A stretch of DNA of 64,000 bases from Amoebidium appalachense (Eukaryota; Protista; Ichthyosporea). The DNA is taken from contig CAVNZM010000006.1 in NCBI GenBank assembly GCA_963693365.1, forward strand, positions 806,001-870,000, given 5' to 3'. Shown here piece by piece: positions 22,750 through 36,116 of this stretch. The notes under the pieces are model-generated. The model was given only the letters and a program-made list of their open reading frames with translations, made no database searches and had not been told where the DNA came from. The translations under genes and the position numbers were made by a program. The first letter of the stretch is position 1; every line of letters begins with the position of its first letter.

Positions 22750-24745
22750 TGAGCTTTCGGAAGATAAATGCGCAGCACACGCGCCTGGAAGTCCCATTTT
22801 TTAGTTCTGCTGCACATGGGCGAAAGGGGATTTATCCACCCGTCTGTTCGCGACCTACTCATTCTTTTCGACACGGACACGGATGTTTGCTCCTTTTGTG
22901 AGGGCATTCCTCGGGAGCCATGTGTGACTTTTGCCCAAGAGTTCCAGGTGTGTACACGTTCATGCTCGTATTATATGGATGGTGTGCCTTTTTATGGGTT
23001 TGTGCTGTTGCAGTTTGGCAGGGGGAACTCTTTTCAAGGGAAAAGGATGTGTTGTGGTGGTGGTTGTTGGACACACACTCCGCGCTGCCGATGGCGTTCA
23101 TCGACTTTGAGCTCTTACCCTCGTGGTTTCTGACGGGACCATCTTTGAACTTGTCGACGACATAGAGCACATACCACAGCCCACCAACATTTACAAGTGC
23201 GGCAACAGTGCCCTCCCGGGAATTGTGGCCTGTGTCAGTTTGCAATGTTAGCAATAAAATTTACCATGCCCGGTGGTGTGTCTGTTAAAATGAGAATACG
23301 GTGAAGTCAGGCAGAATTAACGGTGATAGGCTCTTTGCACAAAGTGCCAGACTGTGTTTGTTTGTGTGTGTTTTTTTTTTTGGGGGGGGGGGGGGGGGGT
23401 AGGTACCACGTGGTTTCCTCCAGCAGCAGTCCACGTGTAGTCGCACGTTGCAGTATTGTCCTCCAATTGCCTCCGGTCCCTTGCCTTTGCATGTGCACTC
23501 TGCCTTCATCATGTTTAACACGCGTTGCTTCTCCTCGGGCCATGCACTGTTTTTGAGTCTCTCCCACACATCCTTCTCATGCTCTCGGTATGTGTCCTCG
23601 TGCATGGGCTGTTGGTTGGTAGCGATGCAAAAGCGCCTATAGGTTGCAAAGTTACCTCCTGCATGTAGACCGTCAGATGTCAAAACTTTGCCGGGACATG
23701 ACTTTCTTTCTTAGGGGTGGGGGCGGCCTTTCTGTAAAACGTTATTGGGGGGGGGGGGGGGGGGGGGGGGGTCACCTTGCAGAAGTGTCCCGTAAGCTAC
23801 CATGCGATGCACCTCCAATTTTTGGGAGGCCTCACCAGTGCTCTCCTGCACTGTCGGGGACGTCTTCCACACTAAGTATGCGTCGTCCTCATCGCACTTG
23901 CACGCGAACAGTAAAGACCGGCGTTGGTCGCCCCCCCCGTGGTAGTCGTACTATCCGGTGCACTTGGGGCAGAGCATGCCCTCCACCTGTGAGATGATGA
24001 GATCCACACTTTGCAGTGCATAGTTTGGCCGAAGGGTTTTTAGTTCCTTACGGCCTACAAAGTCAGCAGCCTCACGTATCAGCTGCCGGACTTGTGTTGT
24101 GCGGTGTTTGCGGGGGCCTTGGTGGACATGTTCGGTGGTTGAAGGGATAGGTTCAGTTCCAGCTCCGACTCGCTCCCACACTCGCCAGGGTCACTGTCCC
24201 ATCCCACTGACAGTACTCTCATCTGGCTCACCAAATGATCCAGTCTCGAGAAGATGATCCTCCTGACTGCCGACACTTGTGCATTCGTCCAACTCAGGGT
24301 CGTAGTCCGGGTCTTCGTCGTCACTCTGGGCGACGGAGGTATCCAATGCAAAACTGGGCCGTGTCTGTGCCTCGTTTGTTTTCTGTTTATGTGGGTTTTT
24401 ATCTTCAGCAGTGTGCTGCGAAGCATCACTGCCTTGATGACCCCTAGCCACTGGCTCTGGCACTGGTGCACGCTTATTGCCTTCAGGCTCATCCTGCAGT
24501 GCACTTGCTGCTGCCAATACAGCCATGAATGGTTCCGTGTCTTCCGGCCGAAGTCGTTTGGGCGATCGTGGTGGTGAGTGGTCATCATCACAGCTTCTGC
24601 AGCAGTGGGTGCAGTGGACCTCAGGTTTGCACACATGCGCAGCCAGCGACCGCCGGCGTTCCTGACGTTCCTTGCGTTTGATTTCATTTGAAGCTGCAAG
24701 ATGGGGTGGATACACTCCCTTCAAAGGCTTCTTTCGCTTCGCCAT
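22750..24745 (-). pseudogene. Decayed Kolobok/Mutator-like DDE transposase with spliceosomal introns
   Basis: Spliced conceptual translation: VDLIISQVEGMLCPKCTG*...LLFACKC...EVHRMVAYGTLLQ|GGNFATYRRFCIATNQQPM...HVDCCWRKPR|GHNSREGTVAALV...RNHEGKSSKSMNAIG...FQARVLRIYLPK. This follows the CxxC..CxC, D(GT)WxKRGHxS and N(HW)EGSSKxME pattern I recall for this family. It has an in-frame stop at 23951-23953 and frameshifts near 24190, and no DGD segment was found. Confidence 0.7.
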
Positions 24746-25296
24746 TTTTTATTTAGGGCAGCACCTGTACTTCCGGCAGGTACACAAAAACCAGGGAATG
24801 AAAACAGAGTCATGTTTGAAGAACAACACCACTGGCATACGCATGATCCCGTGGCATAGCAATAGCCAATCATCGCATATCTATTAAAGCTCTGCCTCAT
24901 GGTTGGGTTGCAATCACCATGCTTTGTGCCTTCCCGCCAAAATGGTGCCTCTAGCCAATCACAATCAATTGAGAAACATTAGCATGATCTAAAGGATTTT
25001 AGCGGTTTAGCAACAAAATGCCGCCCTCTGATTGGATCGGAGGCCAATTATGATTTTGACTCTATCCCCCTCCTTAATTAAGCTAGACAGCAGTCCGGGC
25101 TGCAGCTTGATTAAAAGGATCCAAATCAGCTCCTCTGATTTGGGCAACCGGATTTTGTGTTAACTACTTTCTCTTTGCGGCTACACAGAGTAGTTTTCAC
25201 TACACAGCCTTCCCCTGGCCAGAAATCTATCCCCCCCCTCCCCCCCCCCCCCCTCATTTTGCCCAACTTGAAGCCCCCCCCTTGCCCAACTTTGAA

Positions 25297-25346
<50 letters not shown>

Positions 25347-25634
25347 AAAAAAAAAAATACCCCCCTCCCCCGACCCTCCCAAAAAAAAAAAAAAAAGGCC
25401 ACGCATATCCATAAACCATTTTATTTATTTGCTTGTCTCCAGCCACGTAAACCATCGCAATGCACACCCTGCATACCACATACATCAGCTGCATCCCGGC
25501 ATATGCATGCGTGCACGTGACACCAGACACGCACATGTGCGAAGTCACAGTGTCACGCACAGACACAAGCACACGTGGTCTAAGCGCATACACACGCTCA
25601 AACAATTAACATTGCGGTGTGCTCCGTGTGCGCC

Positions 25635-25686
<52 letters not shown>

Positions 25687-26148
25687 GTGCCACTCCATAC
25701 AAAAAAAAAAAGAAGAAGAAAAGGACCACGAATAATGTTGTCATGTCTACATATGGTCACTGCAGATACATGGCAACTTTTGGCGCACAATCATGGCAAA
25801 AACGCGAAAATGACAATAAACCAGCAAATAATATTACCGAGGCACCGCGCGCCCACACACACACAAAGTCACCATGCACATACACACACCCATGCGAGCA
25901 CACATGCACACATGCACGCACGCACCCACCCCCTTTTACCCCCCCCCCTCCCCCCCTCCCCCCCCCCCCCCCCCCCCCCCTCCCCCCCCCCCCCTCCAAA
26001 AAAAAAAAGAAAACATACACACACACGAACAAATGGTAGCATACACCGTGGCACACACATGCGCATACACACAAAACCTGTATCGCATCTACACTCACAT
26101 GTGCGGCACACGGCACGTGCGCACATGACACATAGCTTCCACACACAC

Positions 26149-26201
<53 letters not shown>

Positions 26202-26353
26202 CACACACACGAACAAATGGTAGCATATACCACGGCACACATGCACACAAACACACACAAACTGTATCGCATCTACGCTCACATGTGCGGCACACGACAC
26301 GTGCCCACATGAGACATAGAAGCAGCCTCCACACACACATGTGCACGCACACA

Positions 26354-26409
<56 letters not shown>

Positions 26410-26523
26410 GTGCACACACACACAGTCAACACGGACACACAGACAAGACACCTATATACACACACACACAACAGACACACACACGTTCACACACACACAC
26501 ACACACACACGTTCACACACACG

Positions 26524-26554
<31 letters not shown>

Positions 26555-26556
26555 CA

Positions 26557-26605
<49 letters not shown>

Positions 26606-27098
26606 AGGGCCATCACACACACTACAGCTAAGACACCATTCGAATTCATCAGGTTTAGCTTGAGTCACTTAGAATTTTATTCTTGTTTCGTGCCCACATT
26701 CGAGTTGTTCCAACAATAGTGTACAATAGCAGGGAAAGGTCACTATTCGCATAACTCTCGCAGACTTTGAGGTTACACGACAATTTCAGCGTGAATCTCA
26801 AGTTTCTGCAATCACCAAACGCCACAATTTGAACCATAAATGGAAAGCCAAAACTCCGTCCAGCAGAGCTCGTAGTCATCTAGAATATATTCCCCACCTA
26901 TCAGCCCTATAAATAACATGGAACAGGCCAATGGCATACTATTTATGATAGTGCCTTAACAGTGATTTTTCCGAGGCAAACACTTTCTAACCCCTTCCGC
27001 ACCACCACTAGTCCTGCGAAATCAACAGTAAATTAGCTCCTAAATACATATTTGAATCGATCCCCCCACACCAACACCATCTAATAATGTTATTCCCC

Positions 27099-28217
27099 TT
27101 AATATTTGCACTGATCCAAAATATCACCCAATTGCCTTTTTTGGGTGGCCGTTAGGTTGGTGGGCAGCCGCAGGTCAAAATCCACCACCAAATCACCCCG
27201 TCCACCTGCCTTTTTAGGCATGCCGTGTCCGGAAATTGTGCGCTTGGTGCCGGGTTGCAACACGTCGTTAAATGGAATTTTGAGCTCCTTACCCTCGATG
27301 GTTGGGATGGTTGCCGTGAATCCCGTGAGTGCCTCCTTAAGGGTTACTGGGACGATGCACTTAAGGTTGTCACCGTCGCGGGTAAAAATTGGATGTGGTT
27401 TCTGCTTGATGACAAACACAATATCCTGCGGCGGTTGGCGAATCCTGACGTCTCCCGCGCCGTCAAACCTCACCTTCGTGTTTTCCTTCCACCCGGGCCG
27501 AACATCCACCTCCAACACCTTTGCCTCCTGCCGTGCTTGCCCCGTTGCTTCATCCTCCACCTGCCGGGTAATTTTCATTTTTTTCCGAGCCCCCCCGTAT
27601 AGCTCCTCGAGGGTGCATTGTAGCGGATGCACCAGTTCGGTGTGTTTCTGTCGAGTCGCAAACCCTTTGCTAGGGAGGCTGTCAGACATGACCACATCTT
27701 CGTCGTCAAAATCAAAATGTCCGTTGCCGCCAAACCCAAACGGGCTACTGCGCATACGTGCCCCTGCACCTCCCTGCTGTGGCCCCGCGCCGCCAAACAT
27801 AAACGAGTCACCGAACCCACCCATACCACCACCAAACATTTGTGCAAATATTCTCTCTGCGTCGCCGTTTGAGAATTGGTAGCCACCACCCGGACCCCCA
27901 CCCGAAGTAAACCTGAACACCCGTGGTCCCCCGGGACCTCCAGAAAACCCACCCGGCCCCTCGCCGGCGTCTGGCGCCCCGCCGCCCTTCAAGCCCTCCT
28001 CACCATACATGTCGTAAATTTGCTTCTTCTTGGGGTCTGACAATACGTCGTACGCCTCGGAAATTTCCTGAAACTTCTTGGTTGCCGCATCTTTGTTGCT
28101 GGGGTTCTTGTCTGGGTGCCATTTCATGGCAAGTTTGCGGTATGCCTTTTTGAGCTGTTCTTCGTCCGAGCATCCCTTGGGGACACCCAGAATGGCATAA
28201 TAGTCACGCCCACCCAT
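27099..28217 (-). CDS. Class B Hsp40 / DnaJ protein (Sis1/DNAJB-like), CDS intronless, 372 aa
   Basis: J domain (DYYAILGV...[17 protein letters not shown]...[13 protein letters not shown]), G/F-rich linker, C-terminal domains ([52 protein letters not shown]). No zinc finger. Confidence 0.97.
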   Translation of the reverse strand: MGGRDYYAILGVPKGCSDEEQLKKAYRKLAMKWHPDKNPSNKDAATKKFQEISEAYDVLSDPKKKQIYDMYGEEGLKGGGAPDAGEGPGGFSGGPGGPRVFRFTSGGGPGGGYQFSNGDAERIFAQMFGGGMGGFGDSFMFGGAGPQQGGAGARMRSSPFGFGGNGHFDFDDEDVVMSDSLPSKGFATRQKHTELVHPLQCTLEELYGGARKKMKITRQVEDEATGQARQEAKVLEVDVRPGWKENTKVRFDGAGDVRIRQPPQDIVFVIKQKPHPIFTRDGDNLKCIVPVTLKEALTGFTATIPTIEGKELKIPFNDVLQPGTKRTISGHGMPKKAGGRGDLVVDFDLRLPTNLTATQKRQLGDILDQCKY

Positions 28218-29677
28218 TTTCTTAGTTCAAAAAAAATTGTGTCTTCTCCGTAACTTATGTTAGTGGGAAACCTATGCTGGGTCATGCACAATCTGAAGTC
28301 TTTATTTGGTTTCTGCAGTTGAGTTTCAACGAACTGTGTAGCCTAAGTAGCAGGTGAAGGCAGTCCGCTGCTTTATATACCCGCTTTAGAGGGGGGTAAA
28401 TTCAGCAGTGCCAAGTTGGTACAAACCTTCCGCTCGGGAGACGTCTTCGTGTTCAATAAATGCCTAATATGCACTAATAATGTAATTTTTCTCTAAAAAC
28501 GTTTCTTTGTGTATAAATTTTTCATTCTGTTCTCTATTTATGTCAAGTTTTGTCTCCATACTGCTGTTCACGGACTTTCGGGACTTTGTCTGTAAAATCC
28601 CGAACATTCCTGATTTACAGGCCTTCTGAACCAATCATATAATTCCTTTGCCTGCAGCAATAATACCAATCAAAAACTAGCTATACTCGGTGAACATTAG
28701 ATCAGACAAATTACAAATAAAATCTCCCAACACCTGAACAATGATGCTCTTGCACTTGCAGGACTCGGATCTGTAATAAAGCACTAAACACCATGTTACG
28801 TTTTTTGCTTAAATTGGAAAACCGATTTGCGCGATTTGAGGAATATATCGGTATGTATTGTCGTAGATATAATCAGTGAAATCTTGCATAGGAGGGCAGG
28901 AGTCCTACCAATTGTTAGATTATATAACGGCTCAGGTTCTCCAGATGATAGAGATTTTTTTTTTTTTTTTTTTTTTTTCAGAATTTTTTCAAATTCTGGA
29001 TTCTGGAATTTTACCTAAGACTGAGAAATTCAGTGACTCAGAGAAACTGAATGACAGTCCTAGACTAGGTAGTGAAGTCTTGGGCTCAATTATTTTGCAT
29101 TCACTATATTATATCCTAAATAAAAAGTTTAGAAACATTTAGGCTTTTCTATGCGTTTTATCGAAATAAATAAAGTTGTTTATGTCAAAACAAGACGGAT
29201 GATCAGGGATCACTCGGACCGGCGCCCGCCGGCCTGGTGGAACCTCTGGAAGGTTTGGGCAAATACCCCAACATAGTACCCCAACATAGTTTGGTCTAGG
29301 GGGCCCTCTGATATGACATGGCGGATTTCTGATTGGTAACCGGTCATGCAAAGGCACCGAGGGATTACAGAATCGCGAATCGCCGGCCGCGAATCCCGAA
29401 CCCCGAGAAACTATAAAAACGCACTTTTTATCATGACACCTTCAGTTCACTGCAAAGGTCAAACGTTGTTTTGTGCGCTCAAGCCGGGAAAACTAGAAGT
29501 AAGGCATCAGACAAAACGCACAACCATTTGCATATTTCTTTGAGAGTCTTACTGGCTATGAATTGCCTACTTACGACGCAGTTGTACAAACTAGCAATTA
29601 ATTTCGGATTCTTCGCTGTAGTAGCACCTGCTTTGATATTTCAGTAGTTTATCAAAGCCTGTTCGACGACATTCACC
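28218..29677. promoter_or_regulatory. Putative bidirectional heat-shock promoter
   Basis: TATATAAA on - strand at 28372-28379 and TATAAAA on + at 29412-29418. Degenerate nGAAn arrays at ~28567-28585 (TTCacGGActTTCggGAc), 28596-28615 (aTCccGAAcaTTCctGAt) and ~29000-29013 (TTCtgGAAttTTa). Confidence 0.55.
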
Positions 29678-30688
29678 ATGAGTTTTCTATTTGGTGACCC
29701 CTTCACATTTGGCGGGCCTGTACAACGGGGCGTGCGGTCGCCCCGTTCTGTCTACCACCCGCCTGCTTATGGTTACTACGACGACTATGACTATCCCTCC
29801 GCCTACCCTTCTCGTTCCTGCGACCCTTACCATGCCGACTACGAGCAACCAGTGTATGCAGGAGGGTGGGGCCGCACACCATACCAACAAATCCGACAGC
29901 CACGTATGACGCGCGCACAGTACGAAGAGCTACAACGGCAGAAGTACCTCGAGGCACTGCGCGTACAGGAGGAGCAGAGAGAGGCCGTCCGCAGGCGTGT
30001 GCAGCAGCAACAGGCGCAAACACAGCACCGTGGCCCCGTGTCTTCACCACGCCAAACACAGCACAGCCCACGTAGCCAGCACCTAGCCGAGCAGCAACGC
30101 AAGCAGATTGAGCGCAGGGCTCTGTTCTTGCGTTACACCAACGCCGCACGCACCATTCAGAGATGGTTTCGAAACATCGCACAGCCGGCGATTCAACAGA
30201 GACGTGAGGCCGCGGCAAAGATTGCCCAGTGGTATCACAATGTGAAGTTACAGAGGGCTGAGCGTGCGCGTCAGGCGGAGTTGAGGAGACAGTCGGACGC
30301 GGCAACGAAAATCACACATGTGGTGCGGACAGTGGCGGAAAGACAAAAGGCGCAGAAAGTAACTTCAAGTGTGAAGAAACTGCGGGAGATTTTCAGGGAG
30401 GCGGATAAATTGCGGACGGATTTTTATGATAAAGTATTCACAAAACCGGTATATGACGAGAGGGGAAAAGTGAACTACTCACTTATCGGATATATTGACT
30501 TCCTCGAGAAACTCATCCTCAAAACCGACGACATCCCGACACTTGGGAGTGAGTTGATTCGTGAGAGGAGGAAGAGCACTGTGAAGCATATTCAGAAATA
30601 TCTCGCCGAGGCAGATACTTACAGGAAAGAGGGACCACAGCACCCCGTAGTGGAGGAGAAGATGGAGATAGATGGAGAGGGTCAGTAG
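29678..30688 (+). CDS. IQ-motif + BAG domain co-chaperone, CDS intronless, 336 aa
   Basis: Tyr/Pro-rich N-terminus, Gln-rich coiled coil, IQ-like motifs (AARTIQRWFRN, AAAKIAQWYHN, AATKITHVVRT), C-terminal BAG-type helices (FLEKLILKTDDIPTLGSELIRERRKSTVKHIQKYL). Confidence 0.85.
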   Translation: MSFLFGDPFTFGGPVQRGVRSPRSVYHPPAYGYYDDYDYPSAYPSRSCDPYHADYEQPVYAGGWGRTPYQQIRQPRMTRAQYEELQRQKYLEALRVQEEQREAVRRRVQQQQAQTQHRGPVSSPRQTQHSPRSQHLAEQQRKQIERRALFLRYTNAARTIQRWFRNIAQPAIQQRREAAAKIAQWYHNVKLQRAERARQAELRRQSDAATKITHVVRTVAERQKAQKVTSSVKKLREIFREADKLRTDFYDKVFTKPVYDERGKVNYSLIGYIDFLEKLILKTDDIPTLGSELIRERRKSTVKHIQKYLAEADTYRKEGPQHPVVEEKMEIDGEGQ

Positions 30689-30754
30689 AAGACGTGTGTG
30701 TGTGTGTTTATTCGTACATTTTTTGTTGCTTTTTTATCTTTTTTTTTTTTTTTT

Positions 30755-30798
<44 letters not shown>

Positions 30799-31201
30799 TA
30801 TGTTGCTGAGTGTACGGTACGAAATCTGTTTGATCTGTGACATTTCTTACAGCGTAAAAAGCATGGCAGACCACCTTTTCTAATTTGGAAGTCGGATGCC
30901 TTTGCGTTTAAGTTAAGCGAGTGGGCAGGCATGTAAAATTTAGTGTATGGTTTATTGCCAACGTTGCTGCGCTGGCCGCGAATGAATAAATCGATGCCAA
31001 CTCTGTGCGAATATCACTACATGGCCTTTTCACCGTGTTGGGTTTCCCGTCTTGGAAACTCTTTTCTTCCTTGCGTTCTGTTGCTCTGTTTAATCCTTTT
31101 TTCTTTTTTTCTTTCTTTCTCTTTCTTTGTTTGTTTCTTTCTTTCTTCCTTCCTTTCTTTCTTCTTCTTAATCTTTTTTTTCTGCTGCTGCTGCTTCTTC
31201 T

Positions 31202-31248
<47 letters not shown>

Positions 31249-32403
31249 TCCTGCTTCTTCTTTTTTTTTTTTTTTTTTCTTTTTCCCTCTTTTTTTTTGC
31301 GCTCCCTAATTAATGATAATATTTCAAGTAGCCTGTCGCATACATGTGGAGAGGATGAAGGCTGTAGACTACTGATTGCATGATTAGAGTGCTGATTAGG
31401 TGCTGCACGGTGAGCAGGAAGGGGGAAGGGTGGGGGAGGGACGGGCCAGGGGAGCGCCGGGGGGGAGGGGGAGGACCTTACTGTCCGAACTATAAAGCTA
31501 CTAGATGCGAGGGAATGGAAGGGGTAACGAGAAAACAGGGAAGGGGGGGGGAAGGGGAGAAGGGGCAAGGAGTGGAGGGGGGAGGGGGAGGGGCGAAGGG
31601 GCTGGGTGATAATGGAGCAAGATTTTTAAAGAATGTGTGTTGTGTGTTGTGTGTGTGGGGGGGGGGGGGGGAGGGGGGGGAGGGGGGGGAAGGGGGGGGG
31701 GGGGGGGGGGGGGGGGAGCAAGTCCCAGGTGGAATGGAAAGTCGTTGGGCTCTGTGTGAAATGGTGATGGACCGAGGGAGGGGGAGGTCCGGGGCAATGA
31801 ATCCAGCTAAAAATAAGGCTGTTTTCAGATAAAGATAGAAGAGGCTTTGAAAACCGGGCCCCCAGTGCGCTGCCACTGGCCAACCAACGGGGGAGGGGGG
31901 GGGGGAGGGGGGGGAGGGGGGGAGGGGGGGGGGGGGGGGGGGGGGTGGGAGGGAGGAATGAAAGTAGGACGTGCACACCATACCGGCGCAAGCGTGCAGA
32001 TGTTTGAATTCAGGCAGTATGGAGAATGACTCGGTGGAAATAAAAAGCAAAAAGTCAGTGGCTCCAGTATTGTGCGTGCTGTCGCTTGCAGTGTGTTTTG
32101 GGCAGCCTCAGCCTAGTCAGTCCATGCCTTTGCATACATCATAGCCCCCTTGTGAATAATGTTTTGGTGTCGGTTCTCATTTCAGGGCAAAGGTGCTGTT
32201 GCATGCCTGCGACATTATACTTGTAGTGTGGAGGGGGGTGTTCGAAACGACTATGTACATATCGAATGCAGAATAAAAAACGTGATTCGGTGACTAGCAG
32301 ATAAGTAGTCAATTTCTGCCTCTCCAGTTACGGGATTTGGGCAAAAGTATTAATCCATGTTCGACACGTGTTTGTTGCTTGTGTGGTGCATAGGTGTGGG
32401 TGC

Positions 32404-32635
<232 letters not shown>

Positions 32636-33156
32636 TTTTTGTGTGTTGTCTAGCCAGACCTGTGTACAGAAGGTAGGGATGATCGGAGTGAGGGACATAA
32701 TGTGTAATCTCTTCCTTTTAGGGGGGGCTGGTGGGGAAGGGGGGGGGGGGGGGGGGGAAGGGGGGGGGGGAGGGGGGCAGGGGGGGCAGGGGGGGGAAAG
32801 GGGGATTAGCAAGCATTAAAGCGCGAACAAGCCTAGGTGATGACATTCCAAGAGATTACCATTTTAACACCAGCACATCATATCTGAATTCTTGTAATTT
32901 GGAGGTTCCGGCCGGGAGAGGAGGGGGAGGCGTGGGAGGAGCAGAGGAGGGGGGGGGGGGGGGGGGAGGGAGAGGGATGAAGAAGATGAAGAAGGGGCAA
33001 GGAGGGGTGGATGGGTGGGTGGGCGGAGGGGGGGGGAGGGGGGGGGGGGGGGGGGGGGGATGCAAGTAAATACGAATATGGATGTGCACTTTGTTTCACA
33101 AACGGCTCAGTTGTGCATGTTGTAGTAGCAGGCTGTAGTAGCAGCTGTTTTTTTTT

Positions 33157-33207
<51 letters not shown>

Positions 33208-33239
33208 GGAGGGGAGAGGTGGAGTGGGTGTGTGTGTGT

Positions 33240-33273
<34 letters not shown>

Positions 33274-33570
33274 AGGGGGGATAGAAGCAGATGAGGTTGG
33301 CCGGGAAAAAACGAAAAAACTGGACAACATGAAGGGCAACAGTTTTTATTTTCGCTGTGGCACAGCCCGGGACTGTTTGCACGTAATTTCCTACAAATCA
33401 GTGCATGTTGGTTCCCTTGAATAGCCCACTCAATATTTCCTATAACTAATGCATGCCGGGGCCCTATCAAGCAAAAAGAAGTTAGTACCTTATCGCTGCA
33501 TAGACTCTGCTAGTCTCCAAGGCTTAGTGCCCTCTGGCCTACGTATGTGGCTGGGCCCTATTTTGGCGGC

Positions 33571-33611
<41 letters not shown>

Positions 33612-34072
33612 CGCAGGGAGACAGCACTCAGAGTGACCTGCATAGAAGCCACTGTTTGCACATGCATGTGGGACAGTTGTGAGGCTGAACGGCTAGACTA
33701 GATCATGGCCATGTGCATGTGTCACGTGATTCTGTGATGGCATTTGATAAGTACTATTGTTCTGTCGGACCTGCGGTATGCACTGTAACAGAATGTGCGA
33801 GTGAGGGGAGTGAGCAATAGGAGTCCTGCTTTCCGTGCGCAGGGGGAGGGGGGTATTAGGGGGGGGGGGGGGGGGGGGGAGGGGGTAAAATAAAGAAAGG
33901 GTCTGAGAGAAGTAGGAGAAGAGAAGGCGGGAAGCGGGGGGAGGGAGTGAGGAGGGGGGGGGGGGGGGGGGGGGGGGGGCACAAGCAAGTACATAAATAC
34001 GAAAATGCATGAGCACCTGAATTTCGCAGACAGTTTCAGTTATGATTGTTGTAGTTGAAGGTGTACAAGCAG

Positions 34073-34140
<68 letters not shown>

Positions 34141-34336
34141 GCAGAGGAGATTGGCCAGGGCTTGAGCGAAAAACGTGAGGAAAAAGAGCACCCGTTTTTA
34201 TTTTTCCTGTGGCACATCCCGGGACTGTTTGCACATCATTGCTTACAATTCCGTGCATGGTTACTAAGTTCCCCAAAAATGGCCACTCAATCAAGTTTAT
34301 AACACTTTAAATCCGGGGCCCCAAAAATACTCCTGC

Positions 34337-35162
34337 TCAGTGCTTCTTGCCGCGGCGGTAGTAGGCGCCATACGGCATGGCATTACCATAGCCCAGCGGT
34401 TGGCCCCACCCCATTGGCTGGCTGTAGACCTGCCCCCAACCCATTGGCTGGTTGAAGCCCTGCCCCCACCCCATTGGCTGGTTGTAGCCCTGCCCCCACC
34501 CCATTGGCTGGTTGTAGCCCTGCCCCCACCCCATTGGCTGGTTGAAGCCCTTCTTTGTGGCCAGGGGTGCAATGGGTGCTGTGTGTGTGAGCACATGTGT
34601 TAGGGTATCAGAGTGTTTTGAGACTCAGTAAATGCACACACATGATACGGGCTGAACATGGATGTTCTTTTCAGAGTCTCTTTTTGCATGCATGTGTGAC
34701 TATGTGCGTTTGTGTCCTGGTGGTGATGGCGGCAGCGGGATGGGTGAAAAATTGTGTGTGTGTGTGGGGGGGGGTTGAGAAGGGGGGAGGGGGATGAGAG
34801 TGTATCTGCTGTGTCAGATGCCGTATTGTGTGTGTCCTTGATGACAACGGTTATAATCAGAGAGGCTGAGTGGCTTGCCAGTAATAGTTATGACAAACTT
34901 ATCAACAAAGATTCTTTTTTTTTTTTCTTCTTTGCAAAAAAATATATAAGATGCTAGGCTGTAAGGTCACATAGTACTAATCTGTGTGTTGCATATCTTG
35001 TGGCATTCATGCACACCCACCGGCTTGGATGACGGGAACTGCCACAGGCTGGGCCACGACCACGGCCGGCCCACTCTTCTTCTTGCCGCCAGCCTCGGCG
35101 GGGCCAAACACACAGGCGGCGGCGGCAGCCACGCAGGCAACGAACTGGAACACGGACGGCAT
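34337..35162 (-). CDS. Small secreted Gly/Gln/aromatic repeat protein, copy A (127 aa, 2 exons)
   Basis: Exons 35162-35021 and 34578-34337, phase-1 GT-AG intron with CTAAC branch site. [59 protein letters not shown], five QPMGWGQ-core decamers, ...[18 protein letters not shown] at 35290-35296 (-). Confidence 0.85.
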
Positions 35163-36116
35163 GGTGATGGCGAGGGAAGAGGACGACGGAATTCGAAGAC
35201 GGGGGTAAAAGGGAAAGAGGAAGAGAGAGTCAGTATCACTAAGCAACGTTGACTGGCAGCCTGTTGCCAAAAACAGGCGCCTAAGGCTGTTTTATACCCG
35301 GTTAAGGCCATGATATCTTTCTTCTTTCGTGACCCATGCGACGCACCTACACGTTCGGTTCACAAGCAGAAGCATGCCACTTGTCAGGTCTGCCCGTGGG
35401 GTGAAACCCACGACTGAGATGTACATGAGACTCCCTGTACAGAATCCGGCGGTGACTATGTCAAAACTCTGCAGCACCAAGAACGTTGTCTGTCCGGCTT
35501 CGGCAGAAAGTTCCTACAGAAAAATCGGTTACAGCCTGCTGCTGGGGTTTTCCTGAGTGCCCTCTGGCCATGTAACCGCCTGTTGTACTATGCACAATAG
35601 AAACACGTGTCTTCAATACGGTCTTTTTTCGCGGTCACGTCAGTGGTGCGTATATGGCCTATCACAAACAGAAATACTCCGAATAGATCCGCCCGCGTGT
35701 GGGGCGCTCGAGCTCTGTGAAGCACATAATGGGCAAGGCGGACACAAAACACGGAACGCCGCCCAAGGGGCATTCACACGACGCTGACACGAAATATTAT
35801 AGCTGACACTGCAAAATCGTTGCTACAGCCACAGACAATGACACACAGCCTGCCAACAAACAGCCAACGTTAACGGGTTCTGTGGCATGCGTTTTGGGGG
35901 CTAACATAGGGGTTGGCTTGACAGTAAATCCGCAATATTGATGCAAAAAAGGTGATCACGTGCTTTAGGTGTTCCCACGGCAGTAAAAAATGAGCACTTG
36001 TCCCGGCCATTCAAGCATATATAAGCGCATGTTTCCATCATTTTTCATCAACCCACCCACCACAGACACACACACACAATCGTTCTGCATTTCCACCCCA
36101 AGATCTCCCTGTCACC

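Noticed and set aside
26020-26330. ~185-bp tandem duplication within CA-rich DNA
   Set aside because: Real, but consistent with ordinary slippage in low-complexity sequence; no coding or structural signal.
30943-31568. Poly-Lys / poly-Phe ORFs
   Set aside because: They arise from (TTC)n and poly-T microsatellite.
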